Assembly: GCA_038087875.1 (NCBI GenBank)
Contig: CM075988.1
Coordinates: 7,194,001-7,258,000 of the forward strand
Direction: 5' to 3'
From: Malacoraja senta
Taxonomy: Eukaryota
DNA length: 64,000 nt
Position numbers and translations under genes: made by a program. Below the pieces are notes generated by a model. That model ran no database searches, was not told the origin of the DNA, and saw only the letters and a list, made by a program, of their open reading frames with translations. Shown in pieces: positions 25,566 to 38,928 of this stretch (the stretch's first letter is position 1; each line of letters begins with the position of its first letter).

Positions 25566-28240
25566 GGCAGGCAGGTTTGCTAGTGCTACACCGGTGGGTT
25601 TAAACTAAATAGCGGGGGCAGGGGTTGACAAATTGGGAGTATAAGGATGTAGTTAAAGGGGAAGAAAATACAGGAAAAGTTACGAAAGTCACCCAAATTA
25701 ATGGGAGGGAAAGTTCAAGAAGGGATAAGAAAGTAAGATCAGGTGAAATAGGAACCGGTGTGAGAGGGGAGGTGAATACCAAATTAAAAATGTTATTTTT
25801 GAATACGCAAAGTATAAGAAATAAAGTGGATGAGCTTGAGGCTCAGTTAGAAATTGGTAAGTATGATGTTGTGGGAATTGCAGAGACATGGTTGCAAAAG
25901 GATCAGAGCTGGGAACTGAATATTCAGGGGAAAACATCCTATTGAAAAGATAGACAGGTGGGCAGATGGGGTAGGGTGGCTCTGTTGGTAAGGAATTAAA
26001 TTCAGTCCCTTGCGGGGGGTGACATAGAATCAGAAGATGTAGTCATTGTGGATAGAACTAAGCAATTGTAAGGGTAAAAGGACCCTAATAGGAGTTATCT
26101 ACAGGCCCCCAAATAGTAGCCTGGAGTTAGGGTGTAAGTTGCATCAGGAGTAACAAATGGTTATGGGAGATTTCACCATGAGGGCAGACTGGGAAAATCA
26201 GGTTTGTACTGGACCCCAAGAAATGAGTTTGTAGAGTGCCTCCGAGATGGATTCTGAGAGCAGCTTGTACTGGAGCCTACCAGGGAGAAGGCAATTCTGG
26301 ATTTAGTGTTGTGAAATGAACCGGATTTGGTAAGGGAACTCACGGTAATGGAACCATTAGGAGGTAGTGACCATAATATGATGTTTTAATCTTATATTTG
26401 AGAGGGAGAAGGTAAAATTGGAAGTGTCAGTATTGAAGTTGAACAAAGGAGACATTGTAGGCATGAGGAAAGAGCTGGCCAAAGTTGACTGGAAAGGGAC
26501 CCTAGCAGGGATGATGGTGGAACAGCAATGGCAGGTATTTCTGGGAATAATCCAGAAGATGCAGGATCATTTCATTCCAAAGAGGAAGAAATAATCTAAG
26601 GGGAGTAAGAGGTGACCGTGGCTGACAAGGGAAGTCAAGGACAGTACAAAAATAAAAGAGAAGGCGTATAACATTGAAAAGATGAGCGGGAAGCCAGAGG
26701 ATTGGGCAACCTTTAAAGATCAACAGAAGGTAACTAAAAAGGCAATACGGGGAGAAAAGATGAAGTACGAAGGTAAGCTAGCCAACAATATCAAGGAGGA
26801 CAGTAAAAGCTTCTTTAGGTATGTGAAGAGGAAAAAATTAGTTACGACAAATGTGGGTCCCTTGAAGACAGAACCGGGTGAATTTATTATGGGGAACAAG
26901 CAAATAAATGGCAGGTGAGCTGAACAGTGACTTTGGTTCTGTCTTCACTAAGGAAGGCGCAAACAATCTCCCAGATGTACTAGGGGACAGAGGACCTAGG
27001 GTGACGGAGGAACTGAAAGAAATTTACATTAGTCAGAAAATGGTTGGGTAGACTGATGGGACTGAAGACAGATAAATCCACAGGGCCTCATGGTCTGCAT
27101 CCCAGGTACTCAAGGAGGTGGCTCTAGAAATCGTGAACACATTGGTGCTCATTTTCCAATGTTCTATAGATTCTGGATCAGTTGCTGTGGATTAGAGGGT
27201 AGCTAATGTTATCCCACTTTTTAAGAAAGGAGGGAGAGAGAAAGCTGTGAATTATAGACCAGTTAGTCTGACATCGGTGGTGGGGAAGATGCTGCAGTCG
27301 ATGATTAAAGATGTAATAGCGGCGCATTTGCATTGGAGTAACAGGATCGGTCCAAGTCAGCATGGATTACAAAGGGGAAATCATGCTTGACATATCTTTT
27401 GGAATTTTTTGAGGATGTAACAACTAAAATGGACAAGGGAGAGCCAGTGGGTGTAGTGTAGCTGGACTTTCAGAAAGCCTTAAAGTCCCACACAGGAGAT
27501 TAGTGGGCAGTGAAGAAAGCTAATGGCATGTTGGCCTTCATAACAAGAGGAGTTGAGTATAGGAGCAAAGAGGTCCTTCTGCAGTTGTACACGGCCCCGG
27601 TGAGACCACACCTGGTGTATTGTGTGCAGGTTTGGTCTCCTAATTTGAGGAAGGACATTCTTGCCATTGAGAAAGCGCAGCGTAGGTTCACGAGGTTAAT
27701 TCCCGGGGTGGTGGGACTGTCATATGATGAAAGAATGGTGTGACTGGGTTTGTCTTCACTGGAATTTAGAAGGATGAGAGGTTATCTTATAGAAACATAT
27801 CAAATTATTGAGGGATTGGACTTGCTAGATGCAGGAAACATGTTCCCGATGTTGAGAGAGTCCAGAACCAGGGACCACAGTTTAAGAATAAGGAGTAAGC
27901 CATTTAGAACTGAGATGAGGAAAAACCTGTTCACACGGAGAGTTGTGGAATTCTCTGCCTCAGAAGGCAGTGGAGGCCGATTCACTGGATGCATTCAAAA
28001 GAGAGTTAGATAGAGCTCTTAGGGCTAGCGGAATGAAGGGATATGGGGAGAAGGCAGGAACGGGGTACTGATTGTGGATGATCAGCCATGATCACATTGA
28101 ATGGCGGCACTGTCATTTGATGAAAGAATGGAGTGACTGGGCTTGTCTTCACTGGAATTTAGAAGGATGAGAGGATATCTTATGGAAACATATCAAATTA
28201 TGTTTCTCCTGCACCTATTATCTGTGTATCTATGAATGGT
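25566..28240 (+). mobile_element. Decayed CR1 LINE (ORF2 with stops, frameshifts and an internal RT deletion near 27500)
   Basis: LNTQSIRNKVDELE, KSFFRYVKRK, VRPHLVYCVQVWSP; partly duplicated 3' end at 28110-28200. Confidence 0.9.
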
Positions 28241-29279
28241 CAATGTTTGCATCTACTTACATTGCAGAAATGAGGAGGAAACCTGCTCAGAGACTCCGAA
28301 GATCTGTGGGGTGAAACATTGGGTTTTATCATAGTCCCGAGAGGTCACCTATCCATGTTCTCCTGAGATGTTGCCTGACCCACTGAGCTACTCCAGTACT
28401 GTGGTTCTTCTTTAATAAACCAGCATTTCCAGTTCCATGTTTCTATCAAATTATTACATTTATTATAAAGCACAGGGCCAACCTGGGATGTAAAATGCAG
28501 GGTATATTTTAGTCTGTCAATATTCCAAATTGGGGAAACAATAATTTACAGATTTCCATTGTTTCGGAATCGAATAAAATGGAATTGTTACATATTTATT
28601 TTGTTTCCAGTCTTCAGGTTGAAAAATATTTAGTTCCCGGTGACGCAGTTATGCACTTATTTAATTTTAATATTATCTTCCACCTCCCTATTTGCTTTGC
28701 CTGCAGCCACCACTCTCTTTCGCCCAACATACACATGATATAATAACCACGAGTAAATAATAGGGGAAATCATATCCTTCTCTTTCTATAACTAAGCATC
28801 ATAAGGTTGAGTACAGTAGACTTGGTTGGTTCATCTTTTGGTAGTTCTCACTTGCAGTTCCATAGTGCAAAACACAAAGTGCTGGAGGTACCACTAGGCC
28901 TTGTGGATGGAATGGAAAAACAACGTTTCGGTCGAAGCGAATCTGAGGAGCAGTCCTGACCCAAAACATCATCTTTCCATTCCCTCCACAGATGCTGCCT
29001 GACCCGTTGATTTCTTCTAGCACGTTGTGTTTTGTTCAAGAGTCCAGCATCCATAATTTCTTGTGTCTGCGTTGTTACACAGTGTTGCACTGCTGGCTGA
29101 GATGAGGGTCAATTTTCCTGCTTATCTTCACATTTCAACTTTTTACCCTGAGCCTTTTCACCTGATGACCTGGTGCCATTGCACTGACTCTTATTGATAT
29201 ATTTTAGTTATATATAATTATACAGAACCAAAAAACTGCATTCAATTCTGAAGAAGGACCCTCAACCTACTGTCTACAG

Positions 29280-29905
29280 GGCAGCACAGTGGCACAGTGG
29301 TAGAGCTGCAGCCTAATTTAATAGCCCTGTCCCACGGTACGAGTTCATTCCAAGAGCTATCCCGAGTAAAAAAAAAATCAAACTCGTGGTAAGCACGGAG
29401 AATGAACGTAGCGGGTACGTCGGCGCTCGGGGACATCTCTTAGCGCTAACGGCAGGTACTCGGGAAGACTCGCTAACGGCAGGTAAGCACGGGAAGACTC
29501 GTGAAGATTTTTCAACATGATGAAAAATGTCCACGAGTACCGACGAGTGGCCATTACCGTAAATCTCAGAGTTCGAATCAGGGCAAACTCGGGAGAACTC
29601 TTGGAATGAACTCGTACCGTGGGACAGGGGTTTTACAGCGCCAGAGACCCGGGTTCGATCCTGGCTACTGGTGCTGTCGGTACGGAGTTTGTACGTTCTT
29701 CCTGGGACCATGTGGGTTTTCTTCAGGTGCTCCGTTTCCTCCCACACTCCAAAGACGTACAGGTTGTCGGTCAATTGGCTTTGATAAAAATCGTAAACTG
29801 TGTCTAGGGTGTAGGATGGTGCTAGTATATGGGGGGTCGCTGGTCGGCACAGACTCGGTGGGCTGAAGGGCCATTTTCTGTGCCGTATCTCTAAAGTCTA
29901 AAGTC
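29280..29905 (+). mobile_element. tRNA-derived SINE interrupted by a Harbinger MITE
   Basis: SINE head gtggtagagctgcagcc resumes as ttacagcgccagagacccgggttcgatcc after the MITE. Confidence 0.8.
29323..29631. mobile_element. PIF/Harbinger MITE
   Basis: ~33-bp TIRs gccctgtcccacggtacgagttcattccaagag and ctcttggaatgaactcgtaccgtgggacaggg, at a TTA-type site. Confidence 0.85.
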
Positions 29906-32254
29906 TAAAGATGCTTCCTGACTTGCTTACTGCTTCCAGTATATCCTGCCTTAATATTGCTTTCATGCTAACTTGTCTGTGTTGTGATTTATACTTCATA
30001 TGAACCTTTTCCTACTGCATTTCATCTTACTTTATCAGTATAACCTTCTGCTTTCTCCCTTGTGTTTATTTAATTATCCTTTATATCATGTAATATCTTG
30101 TATAATACAATGTTCCCAAAGCATATCACGTCCAATAATTTACTTGATGGTACCTCACTGTGGCAGCCAATTTGCTTTAATTAACCAATGTTGTAACTGT
30201 AGCAACCCTTCCTTAAAAGTAGCTCTTACATTAGGTTGATCACTAGCAGTTCTGAGTGTTTCAAACAGATTGTAACCTCAGCTCTAACAACATGCATTAC
30301 TGACAAAGAAGAGATTAGTAATTACATAATGCTTTCACATCACAACTGCAGTCACAGTGATACTTTCGAAATACGCTCACTGTTGTAATGAAAAGAATCA
30401 AAGGAGCAAATGGGGAAACATTATCCTACAGGAGGTTATGGCGATGCTAATCAGGAGACTGGAAAAAATGCGATAAACTCAAAAATCAAATAAATAACTT
30501 TCATGGGAATGGAGGTGGAGAACAAAGCAAACTGGTTTGGGGAGAAGAAAGATCAAAGGTAGGGGGGGGGGAGCATGTTTGGGAGCAGTTCATGATGGAG
30601 GATAAGGTTACAAATACTGAGGCAACGTTGAACGAAATTATTTTAGAGTGAGGTAAATGAGGGGTGTCGAGTAAAAGTTGATAACATTGCTCCAAAACAA
30701 ACAGAACCTCCTTTCAGCACATAATATTCCATGAGTTGCTGTGTTAAACAATCTGAGATACTGCCTTAAGGCCATACAGAAGCAGTGGCATTTTTAATGA
30801 GAGGTGATTCCCATAATGATACAATAAATCAGAACAAAAACTGTGTCTGTGAAAACTTCACAGCAGTACAAATGTGATCCCTGCCCTCTTAGTGGCGTAT
30901 AAAATATCTAACATACCCAATTAATGAAAACAGGAATTTTGAACGCAACTCAGAGAGTGGGGACTTGGGGCTTATCACTCCACAGCTAAATTCGGTGCTC
31001 AGCAGATTGTGGTTTTTTAATATATCTTGCAGCTAGTCACTGCTATACCTTAGCAAAAGGACACCATGGTTTCCAAGGTTTCTTGAATTAATTGTTTCTT
31101 CGTTTAGTAAACTTCTGCATCCTTGCATGATAACGTACAATATCCATGCCCTTTAGCTGAAGTTGATGGAAATTATGTCATTACATTTTGGTCTTTTACC
31201 CGGATGGTGGTCCTATTCAACTTCGCAGGGGCAAAAATGATTAATGAGTTGGGATAATAAGCCTGCAAAAGGCAGAACTGAATAGGTATGTTTTGAGAAA
31301 GCACTTAAAAGTTGGGATTAATTATTTGGAGGGAGCGACAGACATAACAGAAGACCAACAGAGGTTAGGTCAAGATATCGAAGGTTCTACAACCAATTCA
31401 AGAATGGAGAGAATGGGCCAATACTGTAGATGCTGGAAATTCTCAACAAGTCTGCCGTTACCTATAAAGAGAAAAAGAGAGGTAATGTTGTAGACTGATG
31501 TTATTACTGGAACTGGAGTGAATGCATTGGAAGATAAAACTCAAACAATGATGGGCAAAAGAGCTGGGGCTGTTGGTGGCATGATAGGTGGAGACTGTAC
31601 AACTCCTCCCCCTTCTGTCATGGGGTAGACTGACTCCCCTGCCCGCCCCTCCCCAATCATTGCACATCCCCAATCCTGGACTTTCCACTCGTCACTTTAA
31701 TTTCAAGTTTCATGTATCTTGTTGTGTTTTATGACCAATTTCCCTCCTGGGATAAATAAAGTTCTATTGTATCGTATCATATATATCAAAAAAGGATTTT
31801 GAAATTGAAGCACTGAGAATAAGCAAATCAGTCTCACTCTATGGGCCACGAAAATAACAAGCATCAGATGTTTTGCACGTACTGCTTAGCTCCAGAATCC
31901 CTGTGGAATACTTCACTGTGTCTGATCTGTCTTTTACAATACCTTCCCCCAAAATAGGGATGGAATCGTTTTACGATTGGCTGTGAAGGATGCATATTTT
32001 TTCATAGTTAAAGAAAGAGGAAAGGATCTGGAATTCCCCCCCAAAAGTGAATCCTTTGAGGGAAATGGTTGCAGGAAACATGTAGAGCTTTATCTTGATT
32101 AAGTGCAAGCCAAACTGGTTTATGGGATAGTCAGATGCTGCAGCAAAAGCAACAAGAGGTGGGCATGGGGAAGGAATCATAACGAGTCATTAAACTCTGC
32201 CAATTGATGTAAAGGGAGAGAACAATGAATAGCTCATGGGATTCAAGAGGGAAC

Positions 32255-34670
32255 CAATGTTCTCTTGATTCAGGATCAGTTCCTGTGGATTGGAGGGTAG
32301 CTAATATTATCCAACTTTTTAAGAAAGGCGGGAGAGAGAAAGCAGGGAATTATAGACCAGTTAGCCTGACATCGGTGGTGGGGAAGATGCTGGAGGCAAT
32401 AATAAAAGATGAAATAGCGGCACATTTGGATACCAGTAACAGGATCGGTCCGGGTCAGCATGGATTTACGAAGGGGAAATCATGCTTGACTAATTTTCTG
32501 GAATGTTTTCTAGGATGTAACTAGGAAAATGGACAAGGGAGAGCCAGTGGATGCAGTGTACCTGGACTTTCGTAAAGCATTTGATAAGGTCCCACATTGG
32601 AGATTACTGGGAAAAATTAGAGCACGTGGTATTGGGGGTAGGTTATTGACATGGAGAGAGAACTGGTTGGCAGACAGGAAACAAAGGGTAGGGATTAACG
32701 GGTCCTTTTCAGAATGGCAGGCAGTGACTAGTGGGGTACCGCAAGGATCGGTGCTGGGACCGCAGCTGTTTACAATCTTAGGCCCCCTTAGGCTGACCAT
32801 GGGTGTCTCCAGGGTGCTATTCCCTATATGGAGGATGCCTGTGCGTGACTATGTTTAACGTGGGGAGACTGGTGCACAGACAGCCACTCCATGGTCCTTG
32901 ACAGATCTGGGTCAGGATCCAGTGGCATGGAGTCCAAGACGACCGGTGACCTTTTTCTGCTGCAGCCTTCATCCGCCTTCCCAGCCGTTGTGATGCTCCA
33001 CTAAGATCAGCCATCGTCCTCCGCCTGTTCCACCGTTGAGGTCTTGATGGATTGCTCTGTCAGAGACCTCCCCCTCGACCTTACCGCCATGGGTGGCCCT
33101 ACCAGGAGCATAGCTCCAGACGGCATCACTCTCAGGATCTCATGTCCACATAAGCTTCTCCACCACGACAAGGTGACAATGCATGGATAAGTTATTTACA
33201 ATATACATCAATGATTTAGATGAAGGGATTCAAAGTAACATTAGCAAATTTGCAGATGACACAAAGCTGGGTGTCAGTGTGAACTGTGAGGAGGATGCTA
33301 TGAGGATGCAGGGTGACTTGAACAGGTTGGGTGAGTGGGCGGATGCATGGCAGATGCAGTTTAATGTGGATAAATGTGAGGTTATCCACTTTGGTGGCAA
33401 AAACAGGATGGCAGGTTATTATGATCTGAATGGTGTCAGGTTGGGAAAAGGGTAAGTACAAAGAGATCTGGGGGGGTCCATGTTCATCACTCGCTGAAAG
33501 TATGCATGCAGGTACAGCAGACAGTGAAGAAAACTAATGGCATGTTGGCCTTCATAACAAGAGGAGCAAAGAGGAGCAAAGGGCCCTAGTGAGACCACAC
33601 CTGGAGTATTGTGTGCAGTTTTGGTCTCCAAATTTGAGGAAGGACATTCTTGCTATTGAGGGAGTGCAGCGTAGGTTCACAAGTTTAATTCCCGGGATGG
33701 CGGAACTGTCATATGTTGATAGAATGGCGCGGCTAAGCTTGTATACTCTGGAATTTAAAAGGATGAGAGGATATCTTATTGAAACATATAAGATTAATAA
33801 GGGATTGGACACGCTGGAGGCAGGAAACATGTTCCCGACGTTGGGGGAGTCCAGAACCAGGGGCCACAGTTTAAGAATAAGGGATAGACCATTTAGAACG
33901 GAGACGAGGAAAAACGTTTTCACCCAGAGAGTTGTGAATCTGTGGAATTCTCTGCCTCAGAAGAATAGAGAGAGTACAGAGGAGATTTACTAGAATGTTG
34001 CCTGGGTTTCAGCAACTAAGTTACAGAGAAAGGTTGAACAAGTTAGGTCTTTATTCTTTGGAGCGCAGAAGGTTAAGAGGGGACTTGATAGAGGTCTTTA
34101 AAATTATGAGCGGGTTAGACAGAGTGGACGTGGATAAGCTTTTCCCATTGAGAGTAGGGAAGATTCAAACAAGGGGACATGACTTGACAATTAAGGGACA
34201 GAAGTTTAGGGGGAACATTAGGGGGAACTTCTTTACTCAGAGAGTGGTAGCTGTGTGGAATGAGCTTCCAGTGGAAGTGGTGGAGGCAGGTTCGATGTTA
34301 TCCTTTAAAAATAGATTGGATGGGTATATGGACGGGAAAGGAATGGAGGGTTATGGTCTGAGTGCAGGTAGATGGGACTAGGAGGAAGTATTTATTTTTA
34401 ATTTATAAAAAGAAAAAAAAAAATTTAATGTTCGGCACGGACTTGAAGGGCCGAGATGGCCTGTTTCCGTGCTGTTATGGTTATATGGTTATGTAGTTAT
34501 ATAGAAGGCAGTGGAGGCCAATTCTCTGGATGCTTTCAAGAGAGAGTTAGATAAAGCTCTTAAAGATAACGGAGTCAGGGGATATGGTGAGAAGACAGGA
34601 ACGGGGTACTGATTATGGATGATCAGCCATGATCACATTGAATGGCGGTGCTGGCTCAAAGGGCCAAACT
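32255..34670 (+). mobile_element. Decayed CR1 RT region with two nested insertions
   Basis: YRPVSLTS, YLDFRKAFD, FADD, RPHLEYC; nested inserts at 32777-33194 and a second CR1-subfamily 3' piece at ~33964-34503. Confidence 0.9.
32777..33194. mobile_element. Short non-coding retroposon insertion resembling an RTE-clade 5'UTR derivative
   Basis: Flanked by tttacaat at 32769-32776 and 33195-33202, splitting the CR1 motif QLFTI. The family call rests on recalled similarity only. Confidence 0.55.
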
Positions 34671-36393
34671 CCTGCCTAATCCATTGACTAATATGAGGAG
34701 TATCAGAAGAGAGGAGAAAACAGGTATGTAGACATTTTTCTTCACCTTGTCAAGTCCCTGAAATGCTCAGTGTGCTGGAGTTGTAATGTTCGGATCACAA
34801 TCTTACAGCTCAATTCTCTTTTCCAGGCTTCTTTATTGGAACAAATTTCTCTCATCTTTGACAATCGGTTATACCTAGACTGTATGGTTCCCTGGATATT
34901 GAGAAGATATTGAATGGACAAACTTTGTGTCACCTGCAGTTCCAAGTGCCACAAGGGGTGGGGTAATTGGAAACAGAACACTGGGGCAGGGAAAACGCTG
35001 TGAGAGGAGCATATGGTACGATATGTCTGGTGGTGGTGTCTTTTATCGAGGGGGTTTAGAAATGATAGCACAAAATACATGTAAATTAATATTTAGCTAA
35101 TTCAATATGTCAAAACAATATAAAACCAAAAATTCTAAAACCTAAAAGTGTTGATTTGCCAATCACTTCTATACAGCTATATATATACATATAAAATGAT
35201 TCAGACCTACCTGGAACCAGCACAAAAACTGGGATTTAACCAGATTCCTAGCTAAATTGGCAGTAGCATCATCTAATCTGCTGCCTGTACTATAGTCTGC
35301 TCCTGTGTTCCTCTGATCATCTTGTCATATCATCCACAGGACAGCATGATTTACCACTGATTTCCCAGCTCGCAGGCCGGGACACCTGCCCTCGGCCTGT
35401 GCCCAGTTAAGCCTGTGCAAGCACGCACGTCCCCATTCAATTGATAAGGAAATATTGAAGCAAGGTAATTAGCTATGTTTTTCTTATTTACAATTTAGCT
35501 CTAATGATTTTAATTGACACCCCTACGTTGCAATCTTTTATGTGAAGATACAAAGCAAATTTAACTTTTTAACAAATATTATATTTTTTAAGTGCCTCTA
35601 AATGTTTGTGAATGCCAATTTTAGAGTCATGGAGTTATACAACTTGGTAACTAGTCCTTCAGTCAAACTCATCTGTGCCGAACAAGCTGCTTGTTTAAGC
35701 TAGTACTATTTGCTGCCATTGGGCTATCCAATATACCTGTCCAAATGTCCTTTAAATGTTATAAATGTACATGCAGGGCTGCCAACATTGGGTGAGAGTT
35801 GGGAGTGAGAAATTGCGAGAGACCAAGCCCGAGGGAGCGTAGCGACCGGGGGGGGGGGGGGGGGGAGGAGGGTGTCCCCCTCCCATTGGTACGGAACATT
35901 TGCATTTTCAGCTTGAAATTGTGCAATATGGTTCATACTGTAGTGAGTCTTTTAACTTACACTTGAATACAATATATATGCTTTAAATTGGATTGGAGCG
36001 TTTTTGGATGGGAGGGGGGAGGCTGTGCGATCACTGATCACTGGCCTTGGGGGTACCCGGTGAGGGAGTGGAGCAACCGAGTGGGGAGAGGGTGTGGAAG
36101 AAGGGTGTCATCCCTCCCAGGGTAGGAACTTTTTGAAATTTGATGTATTAAAATCATGTTTTAGTGCACTGTGGAAGTATGATTTCAATGTTTTTTGTAT
36201 GAAGTATTTTTAAGACGTAACTTTATAAGAGGTAACTTTATCCACACAAAGGGTGATGGGTGTATGCAACAAGCTGCCAGAGGAGGTAGTTGAGGCAGGG
36301 ACCATCCCAACATTTAAGAAAAAGTTAGACTGATACATGGATAGGACAGGTTTGGAGGTATGGACCAAAAGCAGGTAGCGTAGCTGGGACATG

Positions 36394-37070
36394 TCAAGTC
36401 AAGTTTATTTGTCACATACACATATGAGATGTGCAGTGAAATGAAAAGTGGCAATGCTCGCGGACTTTGTGCAAATAACAAACAAACAAACAAACAAACT
36501 ACAAACAGAATGGAACAGAATCACATATTCTTTTACATATTAAATATTGTGGGCGGAAGGAAAAAGGGGGAAAAAAACAGCAATTAAAAAAAACACAGTA
36601 GAATGGTACAGTAAAGTTAGTCCCTGGTGAGATAGGAGTTTACAGTCCTAATGGCCTCTGGGAAGAAACTCCTTCTCAACTTCTCCGTTTTCACAGCATG
36701 GCAACGGAGGCGTTTGCCTGACCGGAGCAGCTGGAACAGTCCGTTGCTGGGGTGGAAGGGGTCTCCCATGATCTTATTGGCTCTGGAGTTGCACTTCCTG
36801 ATGTATAATTCCTGCAGGGGGGCGAGTGAAGTTCCCATAGTGCGTTCGGCCGAACGCACTACTCTCTGCAGAGCCTTCTTGTCCTGGGCAGAGCAATTTC
36901 CAAACCAGATTGCAATATTTACCGGACAAGATGCTTTCCACAGCCGCTGAGTAGAAGCACTGGAGGACCCTCGGAGACACTCTGAATTTCCTCAATTGCC
37001 TGAGGTGGTAAAGGCGCTGCCTTGCCTTACTCACGAGTGCTGCAGCGTGTGATGTCCATGTCATATCCAT
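36394..37070 (-). mobile_element. Rex1-type LINE 3' fragment nested in a CR1 3' fragment
   Basis: KARQRLYHLRQLRKF, YSAAVESIL, DPFHPSNGLFQLL, RRSFFPEAIR. Confidence 0.85.
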
Positions 37071-37481
37071 GTTGGTGGGTGTGGGCAAGTTGTGCCGAAG
37101 GGCCTGTTTTCACATTGTATCACTCTATGACTACATTATCCCTCCACCATGCATGAATGCTTCAAAATCAAGTGATCGAGTTTTATTGCCATATACTCAA
37201 GCATAGAAACATAGAAAATAGGTGCAGGAATAGGCCATTGGCCCTTCGAGCCAGCACTGCTATTCATCTAAAACCAGTACCTCTCTGCGTGAAGAAAGTT
37301 TGTCCTCATCTCAGTCCTAACTGGCCCCCCCTTTATTCTTAAACTGTGACCCATGGTTCTGAACGCCCCCAACATCGGGAACATTTTTCCTGCAGTTACA
37401 GTAAGTGAAAATCTAGCAGGCAAGCACCCCCATTTGAAGTCCACTATCTTCCACCGTTTCTACCCAGTGCTTGGTACTTAC

Positions 37482-37627
37482 TTCCAGCAGCCACTGGTTG
37501 TCCTCCAGGATGCACCGAGCCGCAGCCTGATCCATGCAGGTCACCTGGGCGAATTCGGCACAGAGACTTTCACGGCAGCGGCGCAACGCTTCGACGGCCC
37601 GGGACTCTTGCACTGAGGCTGCTCCAT
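37482..37627 (-). pseudogene. TDP2: Captured TDP2-like exon 1 (UBA-like domain), frameshifted
   Basis: RESLCAEFAQVTCMDQAAARCILEDNQWLLE followed by a GTAAGT donor (37481-37476); GCCATGG start at 37627; resembles human TDP2 RRLLCVEFASVASCDAAVAQCFLAENDWEME as recalled. Confidence 0.72.
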
Positions 37628-37871
37628 GGCCGGAGTTGCAGTGAGCGACTCGCCAGCCCGGCAAACCCTCGCCAGCCCCGCTCCCCGTCCGCATCTGTCC
37701 CCGCCGCTGCTTCTGCTTCCAACACCCGCGGCCCATGCAGTTGATATGAGTTTTGAAATTTTCGTTGATCACAGAATTTCTCACAACAGAGCGTAAGAAA
37801 TTTGTGATCAGCGTGAGAATTTGGTGAAATGCGTGATTCTCACGCTCAATGCATGGGAGTTGGCAGCCCTG

Positions 37872-38840
37872 CCTCTCTATCAAACTATCCCCCTCTCCCC
37901 CTCTCTCTCTCTCTCCCCCTCTCTCTCTCTCCCTCTCCCTCTCTCTCTCCCCCTCTCTCTCCTCTCTCGGTCCCCCTCTCTCTTTCCTCTCTCTCTCCCA
38001 CTATCTCCCTCCCCTCTCTCTCCACCTCTCTTTCTCTCCCCTCTCTCTCTCTCTCCCTCCCACCTCACTCCTCTCTCTCCCCCTCTCTTCCGCTCTCTCC
38101 CCCTCTATCTCTCCCTTCCCCCTCTTTCTCCTCTCTCCCTCTGTCTCTCCTCTCACCCCCTCTCTCCCCTCTCCCCCTCTCACTCTCCCCCTTCCATCTC
38201 TCTTCTCTCTCCCCCCTCTCTCTCCCCCCTCTCTCTCCTCTCTCTCCCCCTCTCTCTCCCTCCTCTCTCCCTCTCCCCCTCTGTCTCCTCTCTCTCTCCC
38301 CCCTTTCCCCTAACTCTCTCTCCCCTCTCTTTCCCCTAACTCTCTCTCCCCCTCTCTCTCCTCTCTCTCCCCCTCGCTTCCCCCTCTCTCCCCCTCTCTC
38401 TTTCTCCCTCCCTCTCTATCTCCCCCTCTCTCTCCCTCTCCACACACTCTCTCCTCTCTCTCTCTCTCTTCCCCCCCTCTCTCATCTCTCTCCTCTCTCT
38501 CCCTCTCTATCCCCCATTTCTCCCTCCCACCTCACTCTCCCCCTTGCTCTCTCCCCTCTCTCTTTCTCCTCTGTCTCTATCTCCTCTTTCTCTTTGCCCC
38601 CCCATCTCTCTCTCTTTCCCCCTCTCTCTTTTACCACCCTCTCCCATTCTCTCCTACCCTCTCCACCCCCTCTCTTCCCTCTCACCCCTCTCTCTTCCCC
38701 CCACTCTCCCCCCTCTCTCTCCCCCCCTCTCCCTCTTCTCTCTCTCCATTCACACCCCCTCTGTCTCTCCCCTCTCTCTCCTCTCACCCCCCTCTCACTC
38801 CCCCCTGTCTTCTTCCCCCCTCTCTCTCTCCACCTCCCTT
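37872..38840 (+). repeat. ~1 kb polypyrimidine (CT/CCCT) low-complexity tract
   Basis: Almost entirely C and T; the source of the spurious Leu/Ser/Pro and Arg/Glu/Gly ORFs. Confidence 0.95.
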
Positions 38841-38854
38841 TGAGAGTCTGTCCC

Positions 38855-38928
38855 TTCGGCACAGACTCTCACGGCAGCGGCGCAACGCTTCCGACGCCTC
38901 CGACGGCCCAGGACTTGCACTGCTCCAT
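38855..38928 (-). pseudogene. TDP2: Second, truncated copy of the TDP2-like exon 1 start
   Basis: Aligns to 37554-37627 (SPGPSEASEALRRCRESLC), then breaks into the CT tract. Confidence 0.65.

Noticed and set aside
29280..29660. tRNA genes at box A/box B motifs
   Set aside because: They are SINE heads followed by SINE core and tail, with no complete cloverleaf.
30876..30899. CTCF-like site ctgccctcttagtggcg
   Set aside because: It needs a 1-nt gap to fit the core motif.
37413..37883. Functional TDP2 gene
   Set aside because: The ATG is out of frame with the UBA-like segment, it lies inside TIRs, and I found no exon 2 or EEP catalytic exons in the window.
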